Position numbers and translations under genes: made by a program. A stretch of 64,000 nucleotides of DNA from a bacterium (GTDB lineage: Bacteria; Patescibacteriota; Gracilibacteria; Peribacterales; Peribacteraceae). Shown piece after piece: positions 60,272 through 64,000 of the stretch; within the stretch, counting starts at the first letter, position 1, and every line of letters starts with the position of its first letter. The stretch spans positions 57,164-121,163 of the forward strand of contig JAKQEM010000024.1 in assembly GCA_029558515.1 (NCBI GenBank). Reading direction: 5' to 3'. Under the pieces are notes generated by a model that worked only from the letters and a program-made list of their open reading frames with translations, was not told the DNA's origin and did no database searches.

Positions 60272-61135
60272 TCACGCATCGATGCCAAACGCCTGCCGCA
60301 CGGCAAATCCTATCCCGAAGTTCACCAGGGCGACTGTCAGACTGATGAGCGCCATCTGCAGGAAACGCGTGCGGAAAGACGTTCCCTTGGCAACGGACGT
60401 GTAGAACGTGAAGAGGAAGACGATGAGGATGGCAACGATCAGCGTGGCACCCAGCGCCTCAAAGGGATTGGCAACGAAGAAATAGGGCGAAATAAGCAGA
60501 ACAACCGTGATGAGGTACGAAATACCCGTCATGACCCCGGCCTGCATCGCATTCTTCCCTTCTTCCTCCTGCGTGGACAAGTATTCGGCCGCCGCCATGG
60601 ACATTGCCGCGGCGATGCCGGTAATCAATCCCACCATCGCAATCAATCGCGTATCGGCCAGTGCCAGCGTAAGACCCGCCAGCGCACCCGTCAGCTCGAC
60701 CAACGCATCATTGAGGCCGAGCACGAAGGAACTCACATACTGCAGAAACCTTTCATCGATCAATCCCAATAACTCCCGCTCATGTTTCTGCTCATCCTCC
60801 ATGATGGCCAGCGCCCCGCGGTCCTCCTCGCCGATCTTCGCGTAGGCTTGCTGCGCCATCTCTTCCCCGCGCTCCATCAAACGCAACGCAAAACTCAGAC
60901 CGAAGACGGATGCCAGGAAGGAATACCAACGAATCCTCCAATGCGAAGGAGCCACATCTTCATCGAGAAGAGCCGTCCAATGTGCGTAGTGCCACTTCTC
61001 CTGCTCCGCAATCTTCTCCAAAATGGCGCGATTCCCCGCATGCTTCGTCCGCGCGGCGATACGCCTGTAAATATGGTATTCGGTAATTTCGTTGCGTGCG
61101 GCGACCCGGACCCGTGAGCGAAGAGCGGCATCCAT
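60272..61135 (-). CDS. VIT1/CCC1-family iron/manganese transporter with an N-terminal ferritin-like domain
   Basis: EITEYHIYRRIA...EKWHY is the ferritin-like part. GLNDALVELTGALAGL and the C-terminal TM helices are the VIT part. Confidence 0.7.
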   Translation of the reverse strand: MDAALRSRVRVAARNEITEYHIYRRIAARTKHAGNRAILEKIAEQEKWHYAHWTALLDEDVAPSHWRIRWYSFLASVFGLSFALRLMERGEEMAQQAYAKIGEEDRGALAIMEDEQKHERELLGLIDERFLQYVSSFVLGLNDALVELTGALAGLTLALADTRLIAMVGLITGIAAAMSMAAAEYLSTQEEEGKNAMQAGVMTGISYLITVVLLISPYFFVANPFEALGATLIVAILIVFLFTFYTSVAKGTSFRTRFLQMALISLTVALVNFGIGFAVRQAFGIDA

Positions 61136-61192
61136 ACGATGGATGGTAACACAGAAAAAGAGCAGACACACCTCGAGTGCGATGGGACCGCT

Positions 61193-61453
61193 CTACCCCT
61201 CTGTTCCCAAACCCTGTAAAAGCTTCTGCATGCTCTCATGATACAAATCCTGCAACGAAATCGCTTCAGGATGATCCGATGCGGTAGCGGTCGGAGAATC
61301 TACGGTATTGGGAACGACTGTTTCCACATCAGCATGAAATTTCTTCTGCCATCCGCATAGTGCTGCCAAAATGAGCATGGCAGGAACCGCAAAGTTTTTT
61401 GCATAGGTAGAAGGAGAGAATACACCGGGGTATTTCATATAAATATTGTACAA
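61193..61453 (-). CDS. Hypothetical small membrane protein
   Basis: 86 aa with one TM segment (FAVPAMLILAALCGW). Confidence 0.35.
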   Translation of the reverse strand: MYNIYMKYPGVFSPSTYAKNFAVPAMLILAALCGWQKKFHADVETVVPNTVDSPTATASDHPEAISLQDLYHESMQKLLQGLGTEG

Positions 61454-61520
61454 TATTTGTTAAATTATGTCAAAACCGCCCCCTCACCGGGAGCGGTTTG
61501 GAACGTACCGACAGGTACGA

Positions 61521-61646
61521 TTACAGGGCGGGCGTCTCGGGAGTCGGCTCGGCGGGAGCGGCAGGAGCAGGCTCGGCGGGAGCGGCAGGAGCATCCGGCG
61601 TAGGAGCAGAAGTTGGCGTGCCCTCTTCATCAATGAACGTGAACAT
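61521..61646 (-). CDS. Possible 41-aa Pro/Ala-rich peptide
   Basis: The product is MFTFIDEEGTPTSAPTPDAPAAPAEPAPAAPAEPTPETPAL. It is below the ORF-track size cut-off. A 24-nt tandem repeat encodes PAAPAEPA twice. Weak call. Confidence 0.2.
   Translation of the reverse strand: MFTFIDEEGTPTSAPTPDAPAAPAEPAPAAPAEPTPETPAL
61547..61594. repeat. Tandem 24-nt repeat (2 copies, 23/24 identical)
   Basis: GCTCGGCGGGAGCGGCAGGAGCAG followed by GCTCGGCGGGAGCGGCAGGAGCAT. Confidence 0.9.
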
Positions 61647-61805
61647 AGGAAACAGGGGAAAGAAATACATGCATCGACCATAGGGGTGCATCTATCTCGC
61701 CGCAATAATTTACAAGTTGCGCAAATCCCGAGATGTCCTGGGATGACCCATTGGCATCAACTTCATTGCGCATAGAGATGAGGTTTGCTTCAATGTGCGG
61801 GCTTT

Positions 61806-61882
61806 GGACGATTAGCTCAGCTGGTTAGAGCGTGCGATTCACATTCGCAAGGTCACTGGTTCGAATCCAGTATCGTCCACCA
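61806..61882 (+). tRNA. tRNA-Val (CAC)
   Basis: Acceptor GGACGAT/ATCGTCC, anticodon stem TGCGA/TCGCA with loop TTCACAT, T-loop TTCGAAT, encoded CCA. Confidence 0.92.
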
Positions 61883-62042
61883 TTCGACTCGCTTCGCTCG
61901 CTCATGGTGAACCGACTGCAACTCCGAGCCATTTGTTGCAGTTCGAAGAGTCGAATGACAGTGAGCGAGGCCGCAGCCGAGTCGAACTGCCTCGTTCGTT
62001 CGGGTTCGAACGACATCCACTAACTTCCACCATTCGACTCGC
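61876..62042. repeat. 17-nt direct repeat that duplicates the tRNA-Val 3' end
   Basis: TCCACCATTCGACTCGC occurs at 61876-61892 (the last 7 nt of the tRNA plus 10 nt) and again at 62026-62042. The 133 nt between the copies is rich in GAGTCGAA/TTCGACTC words in both orientations. Confidence 0.85.
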
Positions 62043-62051
62043 AACTCGCAC

Positions 62052-62663
62052 TCACTTCCTCGCAAACTCCGGATCCACGGAGAGTCTGCTCTCCTCGGGC
62101 AGCACCTGCCCCTGGTACTTGCTGTTGGGCTTGACGTTGTACGGGGTCTCCGCAGGACTGCTCATGATTTCAAACGCGAGCTGACACACACGCATGCCGG
62201 GATACAGCGCCACGGGAAGGCGGTTTAAATTGCTGATTTCCAGCGTAATGGTGCCCGAGAAACCCGGATCCACGAACCCCGCCGTCGAGTGCACGATGAT
62301 GCCGAGGCGGCCCAGCGAACTCCTCCCCTCCACCCGCACCACCAGATCATCCGGGACGGTGATCTTCTCCATGGTGACGCCCAAGACAAATTCTCCCGGC
62401 TGTACGATGAACGGGTCGCCGTCCGGCACCGTGATGATCCGCATGTTCCCCGCAAAACTCTCCGGCTTCTTGGGATCGAGGACGGCGAACTTGCTGTGCT
62501 CGTAGAGCTTGAACGTGGAGCCCAGGCGCAGATCCATGGAACTGGCGTGAATGTGCATGAACGCGGTGACTTGCTCAGGCGTGGAGAGGTCAGGTTGATC
62601 TGATTCGATCTTCACATGGCCCGACTCGATGGCTTTGCGGATGTCGCGATCGGAGAGGATCAT
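62052..62663 (-). CDS. dcd: dCTP deaminase
   Basis: MILSDRDIRKAIESG, GRSSLGRLGI and PGFSG.ITLEI match Dcd. Confidence 0.9.
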   Translation of the reverse strand: MILSDRDIRKAIESGHVKIESDQPDLSTPEQVTAFMHIHASSMDLRLGSTFKLYEHSKFAVLDPKKPESFAGNMRIITVPDGDPFIVQPGEFVLGVTMEKITVPDDLVVRVEGRSSLGRLGIIVHSTAGFVDPGFSGTITLEISNLNRLPVALYPGMRVCQLAFEIMSSPAETPYNVKPNSKYQGQVLPEESRLSVDPEFARK

Positions 62664-62724
62664 AGAAACCGGAGGAAAAGAACGAGCAGAGAATAGTTTG
62701 AAATGAGCGGCGGGAGAAGGGATA

Positions 62725-64000
62725 ATGAATCACCCTCTGATGCGACCTTCCTCTCCTCCCCATTTTCCCCGCATAGCTTCTCCGCATCGTCCGGGGGACA
62801 TGGATGTCGATGGGGAGATCTCAGAGCATGAAAAACAAGCGCGACTGGAAGAACGACGTGAGAAGATCATCCGACAAGTACGCGAATTCGCGCACGAAAC
62901 ATTTCACAAACTGGGCGCGGCATCCAGACAGGAAACGGAGACCTTGCTGCAGGGCGTGGAATACCTGAAACTCGATGAGCAGGAAATCACCGGATGGGAA
63001 CAGTTCTGCGATGAACGCTTAACCGCCATGCTGGAATCAGCCCAGCAACTCTATTTCGACCAATTTATGGATCCCTTGCTGGGAGAACTGGGGAAAACGA
63101 TCTCCACGCGTGTCATTGAAGACTTGAACAGGAAATTTAAAGATGAGAATGTCGATTACAAGGCAAAGGAACAGTACATCCGCTTCACGCTACCCAAGCG
63201 CATCAAGGAATGGCGGGCATTGAAAACACGACGGGACGAACTCAAGAATAAACCGCTCTTCACGTCACTCACTACCACGCTTGTGCCACGTTTGGAAGAC
63301 TTTTTGAAAGAGGAAAAATTCATCGATCTGAAGTATCCCGATCGAAAAGGACTCACAGATCAGGTGGAAGCGGCAATGAATGCATTGAAAAGGCATCAAG
63401 AGAAGCAGTATGCAGATATACACGCGGAACTCACCACCTATGCGCAGGAAGAAGAAATCATGCACGCATCAAAAGTGGGCATGTGGCTCAAGCGCATTTT
63501 TGATGGCAAACGAACGCCCGAGGAAATCAATACCTATATGGAACAAGTGGTGCGTCCTTTTGTTCGCAACTGGCGGGAAGCCATGTATGGATCAGAGAAG
63601 TACAAAGGATTTATGGATTTGGAGGAAGCATTCGACATGCATGGCGTGCCCCGTGGCCTGCAGCGCAAGTCAAAGGACCAATTTCTCCTGATGAGCTATA
63701 AACAGAAAACGAGTTATCTGGCTCTCGCATGGACACGAATACACGACCCCGACGGATCACTGGAGAAAAACAAAGAACTCTCCACGCTGAAATTGCGGAT
63801 CCGACATAACCTGGATACCGAAGACTGGGAAGGCGCCGAACAGGAACTTGTCAGTGCTCAACGAATAGCACCCGACGATTCCGAACTCCGATCCATGCAG
63901 ACATTCCTGAACGATCACCGCCCCGATGAAAAGCAAGCTGAGAAGCAGGAACAACCCGAGCCGCACGCACTGTTGCAGGAAATGCGAGAAATCATCACTG
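62725..64000 (+). CDS. Hypothetical helical protein, 3' end outside the window
   Basis: I translated it manually and found no stop from the ATG at 62725 (alternative start at 62800) to base 64000. It is absent from the ORF track because it has no stop in the window. It is Lys/Glu-rich and helical. Confidence 0.55.
   Translation, partial: MNHPLMRPSSPPHFPRIASPHRPGDMDVDGEISEHEKQARLEERREKIIRQVREFAHETFHKLGAASRQETETLLQGVEYLKLDEQEITGWEQFCDERLTAMLESAQQLYFDQFMDPLLGELGKTISTRVIEDLNRKFKDENVDYKAKEQYIRFTLPKRIKEWRALKTRRDELKNKPLFTSLTTTLVPRLEDFLKEEKFIDLKYPDRKGLTDQVEAAMNALKRHQEKQYADIHAELTTYAQEEEIMHASKVGMWLKRIFDGKRTPEEINTYMEQVVRPFVRNWREAMYGSEKYKGFMDLEEAFDMHGVPRGLQRKSKDQFLLMSYKQKTSYLALAWTRIHDPDGSLEKNKELSTLKLRIRHNLDTEDWEGAEQELVSAQRIAPDDSELRSMQTFLNDHRPDEKQAEKQEQPEPHALLQEMREIIT

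Noticed and set aside
61940-62020. A possible tRNA fragment (GGTTCGAA T-loop-like) downstream of tRNA-Val
   Set aside because: No T-stem or acceptor pairing can be drawn. The GTTCGAA/GAGTCGAA motifs are repeat words.

Overview
The window is a visibly GC-rich bacterial chromosome segment that is densely packed with housekeeping genes. These include murD/murF/FemAB cell-wall genes, four aminoacyl-tRNA synthetases (argS, metG, trpS) with fmt, rplK-rplA, rpsA, clpC, grpE, ruvB, msrAB, tatD, dcd, mscL, yidD and maf. There is also a GT4-GH57-GH15 glycogen module and seven tRNA genes, all with an encoded CCA end: Met-CAU, Gly-GCC, Gly-CCC, Gly-UCC, Arg-CCG, Lys-UUU and Val-CAC. By inference, the gene content points to a Patescibacteria/CPR-like organism. 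The supporting features are a membrane-anchored MurF, FemAB, a PrgI/VirB4-type ATPase with several small two-TM pilin-like genes, tiny GIY-YIG ORFs next to tRNAs, and almost no Shine-Dalgarno motifs. The most unusual feature seen directly is a pervasive set of short tandem word arrays, mostly with a 7-nt period and sometimes 8 nt. They fill whole intergenic spacers, form inverted arms around stop codons of convergent genes, extend ORF tails, and sit in-frame inside conserved genes. They resemble cyanobacterial STRR heptamers in a non-cyanobacterial context. Other notable items: (1) a VirB4-like secretion ATPase split into two genes about 23 kb apart; (2) three GIY-YIG ORFs each downstream of a tRNA, one a remnant fused in-frame to msrB; (3) an AT-rich island at tRNA-Gly(UCC); (4) a roughly 550-nt non-coding structured region with two identical 25-nt terminators; (5) cfa broken in a G9 run; (6) a frameshifted small gene; (7) a duplicated tRNA-Val 3' end. 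No rRNA, CRISPR array or recognisable transposase was seen. All family assignments come from motif recognition by eye and need database confirmation.
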